Of a stretch of DNA of 50,805 bases, positions 1 through 9,225 are shown one piece after another. The notes beneath the pieces are model-generated. The model made no database searches and was not told the origin of the DNA. It saw only the letters and a program-made list of their open reading frames with translations. Source of the stretch: an uncultured Flavihumibacter sp. (GTDB taxonomy: Bacteria > Bacteroidota > Bacteroidia > Chitinophagales > Chitinophagaceae); the NCBI GenBank assembly GCA_964547405.1, contig CAZJNY010000001.1, forward strand, positions 1-50,805. Reading direction: 5' to 3'. Every line of letters starts with the position of its first letter. Position 1 is the first letter of the stretch. A program made the position numbers and the translations under genes.

Positions 1-408
1 CTGGTTGGCGATATTCAAGGCATTTGTTATTACTGTCAAATCCGCCAGGGTGCCCAGGTTTCGGGCGATTTCCATCGTAGTGGTTCCGGAGTCCAGGATA
101 ATGGTATCCCCATCTTCGATCAGTGAAGATGCCAGTTTGCCAATACGTTTCTTTTCATCCAGGTGCTGTTTGTTTTTGTCGGAGAGGGTAAAGTCAATCC
201 CTACCCGATCCACTTTAATAGCTCCGCCCCTTGCCCTGATGAGTGCATTTTTTTGTTCTAAACGTTTCAAATCGTTTCGAATCGTTACTTCACTGACCTG
301 AAGATCCTTGCTGAGCGAGGTCACATCCACCTGTCCCATGGATTCCAGCTTCTCAAGGATCAAAACCCTGCGTTGAACGGTCGATTTATGTTCTGATTTG
401 TCCACCAT
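1..408 (-). CDS. agaR: DeoR/GlpR-family transcriptional repressor AgaR (3' end runs off the window)
   Basis: Not in the ORF track. Manual translation from ATG 408 gives MVDKSEHKSTVQRRVLILEKLESMGQVDVTSLSKDLQVSEVTIRNDLKRLE...RARGGA...EKKRIGKLASSLIEDGDTIILDSGTTTMEIA...VITNALNIA. This shows the DeoR HTH (VSEVTIRNDL) and sensor motif (IILDSGTT). It is divergent from agaS. Confidence 0.92.
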   Translation of the reverse strand, partial: MVDKSEHKSTVQRRVLILEKLESMGQVDVTSLSKDLQVSEVTIRNDLKRLEQKNALIRARGGAIKVDRVGIDFTLSDKNKQHLDEKKRIGKLASSLIEDGDTIILDSGTTTMEIARNLGTLADLTVITNALNIANQ

Positions 409-486
409 ACCTGATAATTATACCATAAAATAAAGGTTTTCGGGGCAGTTCAAGCCTTTTTCGCTTCATTATTTATCAAAAATAGC

Positions 487-568
487 TTTCGAAACAATAA
501 AATTAAGAAAAATATTATTTTATGAAAGGTTTTATTTAGCTTTAACATAATTTCGAAACGAAATGAAA
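487..568. promoter_or_regulatory. agaR/agaS divergent promoter with candidate AgaR operators
   Basis: TTTCGAAAC occurs at 487-495 and 551-559. Positions 554-568 read TTTCATTTCGTTTCG on the minus strand, a TTTC-N repeat like known AgaR operators. A near-consensus Bacteroidetes -7 element TAGCTTTA lies at 537-544. Confidence 0.6.
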
Positions 569-575
569 TATAAAT

Positions 576-1808
576 ATGCCTTCTTCTTTTCATAACCTGA
601 ATTCTGAAAAAGAATCGACATACAGCTTATCCAGCTTTGATCCGGCTGAACTGATTCGCCTGGGGGCCCTGCATACCGCTACTGAAATCAGGCAGCAACC
701 CTGGTTATGGAACCGGATTTATGAACTGGTAACCGAGCGGCAACAGGAACTGGCCGATTTTATGAACAGTGCCCTGCTTCATAGTGACCTGCGTATTATT
801 CTTACCGGTGCCGGTTCTTCTGCTTTTATCGGAAATGTATTGGAAGGGCCACTCCAGGAATCAACGGGCAAATTGTGTAATGCGATCGCTACTACCGAAT
901 TAATCAGTCATCCGGCCCATCATTTCACCACCCAGCCAACGCTGTTGATTTCCTTTGCCAGGTCTGGTGATTCTCCTGAAAGTCTTGCAGCAGCAAGAAT
1001 GGCTGCCAAACATTGCTCCACCCTCTATCATTTAATAATAACCTGCAATCCCAATGGCAAACTCGCCGGCGACCTGAAAAATGGGTTGTCGCATGTTTTT
1101 TTATTGCCCCCGGAAGCTGACGATAAAAGTTTAGCCATGACCGGTAGTTTTACCGGGATGTTATTAAGTGCTTTACTGATCTGCCGAATTCAGGAACTGA
1201 AACAATTAAAATCAAGTATTGAAAAACTTTGTGAATACGGTAACACCATACTAACCGATTATTGTGAACCACTGCGCCAGATAGCTGCCCTGCCATTCGA
1301 CAGAGCTGTTTTCCTCGGCTCGGGTCCTATGAAAGCGATTGCCAATGAATCTGAATTAAAAGTTCAGGAACTTACAGACGGTAAAATAGTTTGCAAGTTT
1401 GATTCCTTTCTGGGTTTTCGTCATGGTCCAAGAGCGGTTATTCACCCGGAAACACTGCTTGTTTATTTATTTTCCAATAACCAGTATGTAAACCAGTATG
1501 AAACAGATCTGGTAACTGCTATAAATAATGGTGAGAAAGGCATTTGCAGAATTGGGGTAGAAGAATCACCGTTAACAGACCGGCCACTGGATCTGCATAT
1601 CCGTCTCGGCTCCGCAACCGATCAACTGGAAGAAGCATTTTTATGTATTTGCGAAGTGCTGCCCGCACAATTGATCGCCTTTTTCAAATCTATCCAGTTA
1701 GGGTTGGAACCCGATAATCCTTCAAAAAACCAGGCTATTACAAGAGTTGTAAAAGGTGTAACCATTTATCCATATTATCAATCAAGCAGTTTTAATGAAA
1801 CCCATTGA
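576..1808 (+). CDS. agaS: SIS-domain galactosamine-6-phosphate deaminase/isomerase AgaS
   Basis: Motifs HTATEIRQQP, ILTGAGSSAFIG, LISFARSGDSPES, AMTGSFT, ELTDGK, GFRHGP and ITRVVKGVTIYPY are typical of AgaS. Confidence 0.9.
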   Translation: MPSSFHNLNSEKESTYSLSSFDPAELIRLGALHTATEIRQQPWLWNRIYELVTERQQELADFMNSALLHSDLRIILTGAGSSAFIGNVLEGPLQESTGKLCNAIATTELISHPAHHFTTQPTLLISFARSGDSPESLAAARMAAKHCSTLYHLIITCNPNGKLAGDLKNGLSHVFLLPPEADDKSLAMTGSFTGMLLSALLICRIQELKQLKSSIEKLCEYGNTILTDYCEPLRQIAALPFDRAVFLGSGPMKAIANESELKVQELTDGKIVCKFDSFLGFRHGPRAVIHPETLLVYLFSNNQYVNQYETDLVTAINNGEKGICRIGVEESPLTDRPLDLHIRLGSATDQLEEAFLCICEVLPAQLIAFFKSIQLGLEPDNPSKNQAITRVVKGVTIYPYYQSSSFNETH

Positions 1809-2727
1809 TGTTACCGTTCTTGGTGAATTGAATATCGATCTGCTCTTCCATGAAATGGATCAATTTCCAGAAACTGGAAAAGAAATTCTGTCGAATGGTA
1901 TGGAACTGTCTCTTGGAAGCTCTTCCGCCATTTTCGCTGCGAACCTTAGTGCCCTTGGCAGCCGGGTACAATTTATGGGCAAATTGGGAGACGATCTTTT
2001 TGGAAGATTTATCCTGAGCAGACTCGAAGCCCGAAAGGTTAACACCAGTCCGGTTGTTATCGACCCGCAGGGAACTACAGGCGCTACCGTAATACTTAAC
2101 AATGGACAGGACCGGGCTATGGTTACCCACCCTGGAACCATGGCAACATTCAGAAAAGAGGAAATCGACTGGAATGCCATAACAGACAGCCGGCATCTCC
2201 ATATCTCATCAATTTTTCTGCAACCCGAAATCAAAAAAAATTTATTGTCCATTTTAAAGGCTGCGAAAGCAGCCGGACTCACCACATCTCTCGACCCGCA
2301 ATGGGATCCTGCTGAAAAATGGGACCTGCCATTGAATGAACTATTTCCATTACTGGATTTTTTCATGCCAAACGAAAAAGAACTCTGCCTCTTAACTGAT
2401 ACCGCTTCGGTATCAGAAGCACTTGCCTGCCTGTCTCCGCTTTCTACTAATCTCGTTATTAAAATGGGAGAAAAAGGAAGCATGATCGCAACTGCGCAAA
2501 CACAACGCTTGCTGTCTGCACAAAAATCAACCTCCTTTATTGATGCCATTGGAGCTGGTGACAGTTTTAATGCAGGTTTCATACACAAATGGCTGAATGG
2601 AGCCACCCTCGAAGCATGTCAGGAATTCGGCAATATCTGCGGTGCCTTTTCCACCACACAGGCCGGCGGAATCAATGCCTTTAATAATACTACCAAACTT
2701 TTTGCAAATGCCACAGCGATTGCCTGA
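1795..2727 (+). CDS. PfkB/ribokinase-family carbohydrate kinase (candidate tagatose-6-phosphate kinase)
   Basis: GELNID, GSSSAIFA, MPNEKE and DAIGAGDSFNAGF (PfkB signature). Overlaps agaS by 14 bp. Confidence 0.88.
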   Translation: MKPIDVTVLGELNIDLLFHEMDQFPETGKEILSNGMELSLGSSSAIFAANLSALGSRVQFMGKLGDDLFGRFILSRLEARKVNTSPVVIDPQGTTGATVILNNGQDRAMVTHPGTMATFRKEEIDWNAITDSRHLHISSIFLQPEIKKNLLSILKAAKAAGLTTSLDPQWDPAEKWDLPLNELFPLLDFFMPNEKELCLLTDTASVSEALACLSPLSTNLVIKMGEKGSMIATAQTQRLLSAQKSTSFIDAIGAGDSFNAGFIHKWLNGATLEACQEFGNICGAFSTTQAGGINAFNNTTKLFANATAIA

Positions 2728-3556
2728 TATTCACCCGGCCGACCTGACAGAAAAGCTCACTTCTTTTCAACAGCAACAGAAAGCCATCCTGGCTACCAAT
2801 TTTTATAACTATGAAACACTGAGAGGAATTCTGCAGGCTGCTTCAGCCATGGAACAGCCGGTTATTCTTCAGCTTACCAAGAGCTCCCTGGATTATATGG
2901 GCTTAAGCTCAGCTGTTAAAATGGCCAGAGCGGGACTGCAGCAGTTCAATATAAAAGGATGGCTACATCTGGATCATTGCTATTCGTATTCTCTTATCCA
3001 GCAATGCCTGGATGCAGGATTTGATTCCGTGATGATTGATGCCAGCGAACGCCCATTGCAGGAAAATATTGATATCACCAGAAAAGTAGTAGAACTGGCA
3101 GCCTTGTATAATGCAAATGTGGAAGCGGAACTGGGATATGTTGCCAAACTTGGTCAGTCAACCGATGCAGTTGGTTTTACCAATCCTGATGAAGCCCGAT
3201 TCTTTGTGGAAGAAACCGGCGTTCATGCATTGGCGGTAGCAATCGGATCCGCTCATGGATTTTATAAACAGGAGCCCAAACTTGATATTGAACTGCTTGC
3301 AGAGATCAATCAAAAATGCGGTATTCCACTCGTATTACATGGCGGTTCAGGAATTCCTGCGGAAGCAATCAGGGCCGCTGTAAAAAACGGTATCTGTAAA
3401 ATCAACCTGGCTACCGAAGTAAAAAACATATTTATTCAGACCTTACAATCATGTTTAAACGAAAATGCAGAAATTGATTTACGGATTGTATTTCCACCAG
3501 CCATTAAAGCAGTTAGTGATCTGGTAAAAGAAAAACTGGCAATAATCAAGCAGTAA
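2708..3556 (+). CDS. Class II fructose/tagatose-1,6-bisphosphate aldolase
   Basis: HLDH, SVMIDAS, EAELG, AIGSAHG, VLHGGSG and KIN motifs. Start placed at ATG 2708 rather than 2597. Confidence 0.9.
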   Translation: MPQRLPDIHPADLTEKLTSFQQQQKAILATNFYNYETLRGILQAASAMEQPVILQLTKSSLDYMGLSSAVKMARAGLQQFNIKGWLHLDHCYSYSLIQQCLDAGFDSVMIDASERPLQENIDITRKVVELAALYNANVEAELGYVAKLGQSTDAVGFTNPDEARFFVEETGVHALAVAIGSAHGFYKQEPKLDIELLAEINQKCGIPLVLHGGSGIPAEAIRAAVKNGICKINLATEVKNIFIQTLQSCLNENAEIDLRIVFPPAIKAVSDLVKEKLAIIKQ

Positions 3557-3560
3557 CTAC

Positions 3561-4673
3561 ATGATAAGAATCATTTCATCCTGTTTTTTAGTAGCAGCCT
3601 CTCTGTTCCTGCCATTCTGCGCTGAAAAAAAGAAGACCAATCAACCGGAGGAATATTATTCTGCAGCCGATTTTAAGCATATCATCAAGGTGGATGCCCA
3701 TGTGCATATCAATAGTTTTGATACTACCCTGGTAAACCTCGCCCGTTCTTATGGCTTCCGGCTCATCAGTCTTAATGTGGGAGCTCCTGAATATCCCCCG
3801 CTTGATAAACAACAACAATTTTCACTGTTCCACCTGCATCAAAACAGGGGTGATTTTGCCTATACAACCAGCTTTTCCATGAATGGTTTCGATTCCGCTA
3901 ACTGGCAATCAAAACAATTGAATTACCTGGCAGCTTCTTTCGATAGCGGAGCAGTAGGCGTTAAAGTCTGGAAACATATTGGAATGGAATTGAAAGATCA
4001 GAAAGGCGAATTTATAATGATCGACCATCCCCGTTTTGACACTCTCTTCAGTTTTATTCAACGCAGCAATAAAACCCTTGTCGGCCATCTCGGCGAACCC
4101 AGGAATTGCTGGTTATCCCTGGATAAAATGACCGTAAAAAATGACCGTGATTATTTCAGCAAACACCCGGAATACCATATGTACCTGCATCCGGAATTTC
4201 CCTCCTATGAAGATCAGCTGGATGCCAGAAACAACCTCCTGAAAAAACATCCCGGTCTGCGGTTTGATGGTGCTCACCTGGGTAGCATGGAATGGAGCGT
4301 GGATGAAATGGCGAAATACCTGGATAGCTTTCCTACTATGGCCCTGGACATGGCAGAACGAATTTCTCACCTGCAGTATCAATCCAAAGAAAACCGGCAG
4401 AAGGTAATTGACTTCATCACGAACTACCAGGACCGCCTCATCTATGCTACCGATATCTATCAGGAAGAGGGAGCTGACCTGGAGCAATTAGTTCGTTATG
4501 CCAGCTCCACCTGGGAACAACACTGGAACTATTTTAGCTCAGACAGCAGCATGGAAGCTCCGGAAATCGAGGGATCTTTCCAGGGCCTGCATCTTCCAAA
4601 AACAATAATTGATAAAATATACCGCCTAAACGCTGAAAAATGGTTCCCTGATGCATTTGGCAAAACTCCATAA
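3561..4673 (+). CDS. Amidohydrolase_2-family metallohydrolase, probably exported or a lipoprotein
   Basis: Hydrophobic N-terminus ending in Cys, with DAHVH, GHLGEP, GAHLGS and YATD metal-binding motifs. Confidence 0.8.
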   Translation: MIRIISSCFLVAASLFLPFCAEKKKTNQPEEYYSAADFKHIIKVDAHVHINSFDTTLVNLARSYGFRLISLNVGAPEYPPLDKQQQFSLFHLHQNRGDFAYTTSFSMNGFDSANWQSKQLNYLAASFDSGAVGVKVWKHIGMELKDQKGEFIMIDHPRFDTLFSFIQRSNKTLVGHLGEPRNCWLSLDKMTVKNDRDYFSKHPEYHMYLHPEFPSYEDQLDARNNLLKKHPGLRFDGAHLGSMEWSVDEMAKYLDSFPTMALDMAERISHLQYQSKENRQKVIDFITNYQDRLIYATDIYQEEGADLEQLVRYASSTWEQHWNYFSSDSSMEAPEIEGSFQGLHLPKTIIDKIYRLNAEKWFPDAFGKTP

Positions 4674-5388
4674 ACTCATTGGTTTTACTTTTTTCTGCAT
4701 AGCAATGCTGCTGCAGTTCGGTTGCCATCCAGCAGCTTCCGGTAAGGTCGATCTGATCGTAAAAAAAACTACGGATTTCACAATAGATGGAACAGGAGCT
4801 GCTTCTCAATGGAGTACAACAGAATGGAATACGATTAACACATTGCCAGACTATTTTTCACCCTATCAAACTTCTTTCAAGCTACTGTATTCAGGAAAAG
4901 GGCTATATGTTTTATTCACCTGTACAGACAGCATTCTAACGAATACCATACAGGAAGACGGTAAAGCACTGTACACCGAAGATGTCATAGAAATTTTCCT
5001 TCAACCCGATACATCCGTATCACATTATTTCGAATACGAACTATCTCCCCTGGGATTTGAAACCCCTTTATTAATTTACAATTACAAAGGTGAGCTGAAC
5101 AGCTGGCAACCTTTCGAATCGAAGGAACCGAGAAAAATACAGCATGCAACCCAACTACTAAATGGGTATAAAGCGCCGGGTGCAACAGTTACCGGATGGA
5201 CGGCCGAATGCTTTATACCCTTTGAGCTGCTCCGGCCACTTGGAGGCGCAAACCCTGAATCAGGTAAGAGATGGAAAGCCAATCTGTACCGGATTGATTA
5301 TGATAAAGGGGAAGCATTATGGACCTGGAAAAAAAACAGTGGAAATTTTCACGAGTTCCAGCATTTTGGAACCATCGAATTTGAATAA
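4651..5388 (+). CDS. Carbohydrate-binding family 9-like (DOMON-like) lipoprotein
   Basis: FTIDG..W, LYTEDVIEIFL, YFEYELSP, WTAECFIPF, WKANLYRID and FH..FG..EF motifs, plus a signal peptide with Cys. Confidence 0.8.
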   Translation: MHLAKLHKLIGFTFFCIAMLLQFGCHPAASGKVDLIVKKTTDFTIDGTGAASQWSTTEWNTINTLPDYFSPYQTSFKLLYSGKGLYVLFTCTDSILTNTIQEDGKALYTEDVIEIFLQPDTSVSHYFEYELSPLGFETPLLIYNYKGELNSWQPFESKEPRKIQHATQLLNGYKAPGATVTGWTAECFIPFELLRPLGGANPESGKRWKANLYRIDYDKGEALWTWKKNSGNFHEFQHFGTIEFE

Positions 5389-5398
5389 AACAATTTGT

Positions 5399-6724
5399 AT
5401 GAGTCAGTCATCAGCTAAAAGCAACAAAAACGCCCGCAGGTTATTTTTAAAAAAAGCGGGAGCACTGGCAGGTGGTGCCATGCTGTTGAATAATATTCCC
5501 GCTGCAGCAAAGGGTTTATTTCTTTCCAATGACACCATTAAAATTGCACTGATCGGTTGTGGAAGCAGAGGAACCGGAGCTGCCGCAAACGCCCTCCGGA
5601 CAAAAGGCCCGGTTGAACTGGTGGCCATGGCAGATGTGTTCCGCGACAAAATTGACGAAAGTTATTCCCTGCTTCAAAAAATGGAGGATATCAAAGGAAA
5701 ACTGAAAGTACCGGAAGCCAATAAACTGGTCGGATTTGAAGCCTATCAGAGAGCCATCCAACTGGCTGACCTGGTTTTACTGGTTACTCCGCCTGCTTTC
5801 AGACCACTTCATTTTGAAGCAGCGGTCAATGCCGGCAAACATGTATTCATGGAAAAACCGCTGGCTTCCGATGCGCCCGGCATCCGGCAAATACTGGCAA
5901 CCGGAAAACTGGCCAGCCAGAAAAATCTGAAAGTAGTAGTGGGACTTCAAAACCGCTACGACCCTTCCTTCATTGAAATGATTGATAAACTAAAAGCGGG
6001 TGCAATAGGAAACATCGTTGCAGCAACCGATTACTATATGATTGGTCCGCTTACCCAGGTCAAAAGAACAGCCGGCCAAACTGAAATGGAATACCAGCTA
6101 CGCAACTGGCGATATTTTAACTGGTTATGGGCAGGCTCGCCCGCCGGACTCCAGATTCATAATACCGATGTGGTGAACTGGTTCAAAGGTTCCTATCCCA
6201 TTCGCGCACAAGCTACCGGAGGTAAAATCTTATCAGGTCAACCCGACCAGGGTGATATTTTCGACAATTTTGCAATTGAATACGAATATGAAGATGGATT
6301 TAAACTAAACAGTTATATCCGTCATTTGCCAGGTACCTATACAAAAGGTGGTGCCTATTTCCAGGGAGCCAATGGAACCGCCAGCATCCATACAGGAATC
6401 CGCGATGCCAGCGGTGAAAGAATCTGGCGCAGACAAAACGGCAACACAGAAAACGCGTATCAGATTGAACACGATAAACTGTTTGAAGCGGTGCGTAATA
6501 ATAAACCACTCAATGATACAGAGTGGGGTGCCCTGAGTACCATGACCACCCTGCTTGGCAGAATGGCTGCACATTCCGGGAAACTGGTGGAATTATCAGA
6601 TGCTTTACAATCCGATCTGACAGTATTGCCTAAACGCTTTGCGTGGGATGCAGAAGCCCCCGTACTACCAGATAAAAATGGTAATTACCCGGTACCTGTT
6701 CCCGGTATTGCACCCGCTCTTTAA
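5399..6724 (+). CDS. Tat-exported Gfo/Idh/MocA oxidoreductase (candidate glycoside 3-dehydrogenase)
   Basis: Tat signal ARRLFLKKAG, Rossmann motif IGCGSRGTGAA, TPPAFRP.HFEAAV.AGKHVFMEKP and IHNTDV. Start placed at ATG 5399. Confidence 0.88.
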   Translation: MSQSSAKSNKNARRLFLKKAGALAGGAMLLNNIPAAAKGLFLSNDTIKIALIGCGSRGTGAAANALRTKGPVELVAMADVFRDKIDESYSLLQKMEDIKGKLKVPEANKLVGFEAYQRAIQLADLVLLVTPPAFRPLHFEAAVNAGKHVFMEKPLASDAPGIRQILATGKLASQKNLKVVVGLQNRYDPSFIEMIDKLKAGAIGNIVAATDYYMIGPLTQVKRTAGQTEMEYQLRNWRYFNWLWAGSPAGLQIHNTDVVNWFKGSYPIRAQATGGKILSGQPDQGDIFDNFAIEYEYEDGFKLNSYIRHLPGTYTKGGAYFQGANGTASIHTGIRDASGERIWRRQNGNTENAYQIEHDKLFEAVRNNKPLNDTEWGALSTMTTLLGRMAAHSGKLVELSDALQSDLTVLPKRFAWDAEAPVLPDKNGNYPVPVPGIAPAL

Positions 6725-6743
6725 TCGCATAAGCAGCATCGTT

Positions 6744-7946
6744 ATGAGAAAAAATTTCCTGCTGGCTGTGCTGGCTGCTACCGGCTTTGTTGCCTGCATC
6801 AGCCGGGCGCCTTCCGGCAGTTTGCAAACCGATTCAATATTGCTTTCCAATAGCAAACTTGCCGGTTGGACCCCGGTAAATACAATTGCGGATCAATGGC
6901 AATGGAAAGGAGACACACTGATCACAGCAACTAACGGGACCGGATACCTGAGATCTCCTCAACCCATGGAAAATTTCAGGTTGAGTTTTGAGGCGGCAGG
7001 ATCGGCTGAAGATACCATCGATCTCATTCTTTCCAGCTCTGCCCTTCCCGATATTGGTACGCCCTTTCCGGAAGGTATCCCCATCAACCTGCCCAATGAT
7101 AAATGGACCAGCTACCTGATCGAATCCGGAAAAACAGGAATCAGGGTCTTCGCCAATAACAAACTTATTTATAGCAATGATCGTTCACCTGGAAAAAAAG
7201 GGTATCTCTGCTTTGTACAGGCAGGAAGGGAAAAAAGCTTCAGTAATATAAAATTAGTGGTACTTGATCGGCCAAAACAGGCAATGGACCTGACCAATCC
7301 GATTATGGATACCAGATTCGTTCCCCTGTACACAGGTGATCAACTGGATCAATGGGACATGAAACCAGGGCATATTAATCATTGGACTGCCCAGGCATGG
7401 TGGATCAACTATGATGGAAAAAGCCAGGAAAAAGACAAATGCCTCTGGACCAAAAAATCCTACAGGGATTTTGAATTAATCGCCGACTGGCGACTGACGA
7501 GGGAACCAACACGGGAATGGAGCCCCGTGGTATTGCCAAACGGTGATAACGCACTTAATGATGATGGTTCCATAAAGCAGGTCCTTGAATTGTACGCCGG
7601 GGATACCGGAATCTACTTGAGAGGACATTCAAAAAATCAGATCAATATAGGCTATCGTTACCTTGGATCAGGTGAGATATACGGATATCGGGTAGACAAA
7701 AAAATGCCGGCGGAAGTAAGGGCGGCAGTTACACCAAAAGTGAAAGCCGATAATTTACCGGGACAATGGAACCGGTTTATAATTCGAATGAAAGGAGACC
7801 GGTTAACAGTTATCCTCAATGGCATCACAGTAATAGAGAATGCCCAATTACCCGGAATTGCTGCGGAAGGGCCCATCGCCTTACAGGATGATCACGCATC
7901 CGACAACAGATTTCAGTTTGCCAATCTGTTTATCAGAGAACTTTAA
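6744..7946 (+). CDS. DUF1080 (3-keto-disaccharide hydrolase-like) lipoprotein with two domains
   Basis: Lipobox FVAC. The C-terminal domain has LWTKKSYRDFEL..DW, DTGIYLRG, GQWNRFII and GPIALQDDH. The N-terminal copy is degenerate. Start placed at ATG 6744. Confidence 0.82.
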   Translation: MRKNFLLAVLAATGFVACISRAPSGSLQTDSILLSNSKLAGWTPVNTIADQWQWKGDTLITATNGTGYLRSPQPMENFRLSFEAAGSAEDTIDLILSSSALPDIGTPFPEGIPINLPNDKWTSYLIESGKTGIRVFANNKLIYSNDRSPGKKGYLCFVQAGREKSFSNIKLVVLDRPKQAMDLTNPIMDTRFVPLYTGDQLDQWDMKPGHINHWTAQAWWINYDGKSQEKDKCLWTKKSYRDFELIADWRLTREPTREWSPVVLPNGDNALNDDGSIKQVLELYAGDTGIYLRGHSKNQINIGYRYLGSGEIYGYRVDKKMPAEVRAAVTPKVKADNLPGQWNRFIIRMKGDRLTVILNGITVIENAQLPGIAAEGPIALQDDHASDNRFQFANLFIREL

Positions 7947-7955
7947 ATTCAGCGT

Positions 7956-9221
7956 ATGAAGTTTCTTTTAAAATTCGTTTTTCTACTCTTGCCGTTCCTG
8001 GTAACTGCACAGGCAGAATTAGAATTAGGCGGATTTATTGTCCGGCACCATTCTGAGCTGATTGCCTTTTATAAAAAACTGCATCAGCACCCCGAACTTT
8101 CATTCGAAGAAAAAGAAACATCCAGATTACTGGCGTCAGAATTAAAAAAATTAAACTGGCAGGTCACGGAGAATATAGGCGGCTATGGCGTGGTTGGTGT
8201 GCTTAAAAACGGAAAAGGGCCTACCATTTTGGTTCGCACGGATATGGACGCCCTTCCAATTGAGGAAGCTACCGGTGCTGCTTATGCGAGTAAAGTAAAA
8301 TCGGTTATGCATGCCTGTGGGCATGATTTTCATATGACCACCTGGCTCGCCGTAGCCCGCTTTATGAATTCGCACCAGCGTTTTTGGAGTGGAACACTGG
8401 TTTTTATCGCACAACCGGCGGAAGAGAAAGCGGCAGGCGCCAAAGCCATGCTCGCGGATGGATTATTTACCCGCTTCCCCCGGCCTGATTATGCCATTGC
8501 ATTACATGTTAACTCCAAACTGCCTGCAGGAACAGTTGGCTATTGTTCAGGTGCAGCACTCGCTAAAATCGATCTGATTGATATAACCGTTAAAGGCAAA
8601 GGAGGGCATGGAGGTATGCCGAATTTTGCAAAAGATCCGATCGTATTATCGGCCCAGCTGATACAGGCATTGCAAACCATCGTAAGCCGGGAAATCAACC
8701 CGGCTGAACCGGCTGTACTTAGTATCGGTTCCATTCATGGAGGAAATAATTCCAACACCATACCATCCGAAGTAAAACTCGGTCTTACTATAAGGTCTTT
8801 AAACGACAGCGTACAGGCAGGTATGATCCGGAGTATCCGTCGGATTGCAGCCAGCATGGCGATGGCCGCCGGTTTGGATGAAAAGGATTTTCCCGTTGTT
8901 GAAGTCCGAAATGAGTCAAGTCCGCTGGTTTATAACGATCCCGCTCTTACTGCCAGAATAGGAGAGGTATTTGTTCAAAAATTCGGAAAGGAAAAAGTAA
9001 TCCTGCTCCAACCCGAAATGTATGGAGAGGATTTTGGCATGTACCGGCAGGCGGAGCCCCCGATTCCTACCCTGATTTATTCCGTTGGTACTGTTGGAAA
9101 CGGGCCATTTGTTTCTACACATTCTCCGCTTTATTTGCCGCAACTGGATCCTTCACTGGAAACAGGAATTAAAAGTTTAAGCTGGGCATTACTAGATTTG
9201 CTGAAACCAGTAAAGAAATAA
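7956..9221 (+). CDS. M20D amidohydrolase (hippurate hydrolase/aminoacylase-like) with signal peptide
   Basis: LHQHPELSFEE, RTDMDALP, MHACGHD, QPAEE, GKGGHG and GEDF motifs. Confidence 0.9.
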   Translation: MKFLLKFVFLLLPFLVTAQAELELGGFIVRHHSELIAFYKKLHQHPELSFEEKETSRLLASELKKLNWQVTENIGGYGVVGVLKNGKGPTILVRTDMDALPIEEATGAAYASKVKSVMHACGHDFHMTTWLAVARFMNSHQRFWSGTLVFIAQPAEEKAAGAKAMLADGLFTRFPRPDYAIALHVNSKLPAGTVGYCSGAALAKIDLIDITVKGKGGHGGMPNFAKDPIVLSAQLIQALQTIVSREINPAEPAVLSIGSIHGGNNSNTIPSEVKLGLTIRSLNDSVQAGMIRSIRRIAASMAMAAGLDEKDFPVVEVRNESSPLVYNDPALTARIGEVFVQKFGKEKVILLQPEMYGEDFGMYRQAEPPIPTLIYSVGTVGNGPFVSTHSPLYLPQLDPSLETGIKSLSWALLDLLKPVKK

Positions 9222-9225
9222 ACAA

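Noticed and set aside
5-301. 98-aa plus-strand ORF in the track
   Set aside because: Antisense shadow of agaR, which occupies the minus strand with clear DeoR motifs.
2233-2240. A8 tract in the PfkB gene (and similar A/T runs elsewhere) as phase-variation sites
   Set aside because: Reading frames are intact, and such runs are common in Lys/Phe codons of this genome.
2597-6743. Long N-terminal extensions in the track for the ORFs starting at 2597, 5162 and 6639
   Set aside because: They overlap upstream genes extensively. Downstream ATGs (2708, 5399, 6744) give proper domain starts or signal peptides.
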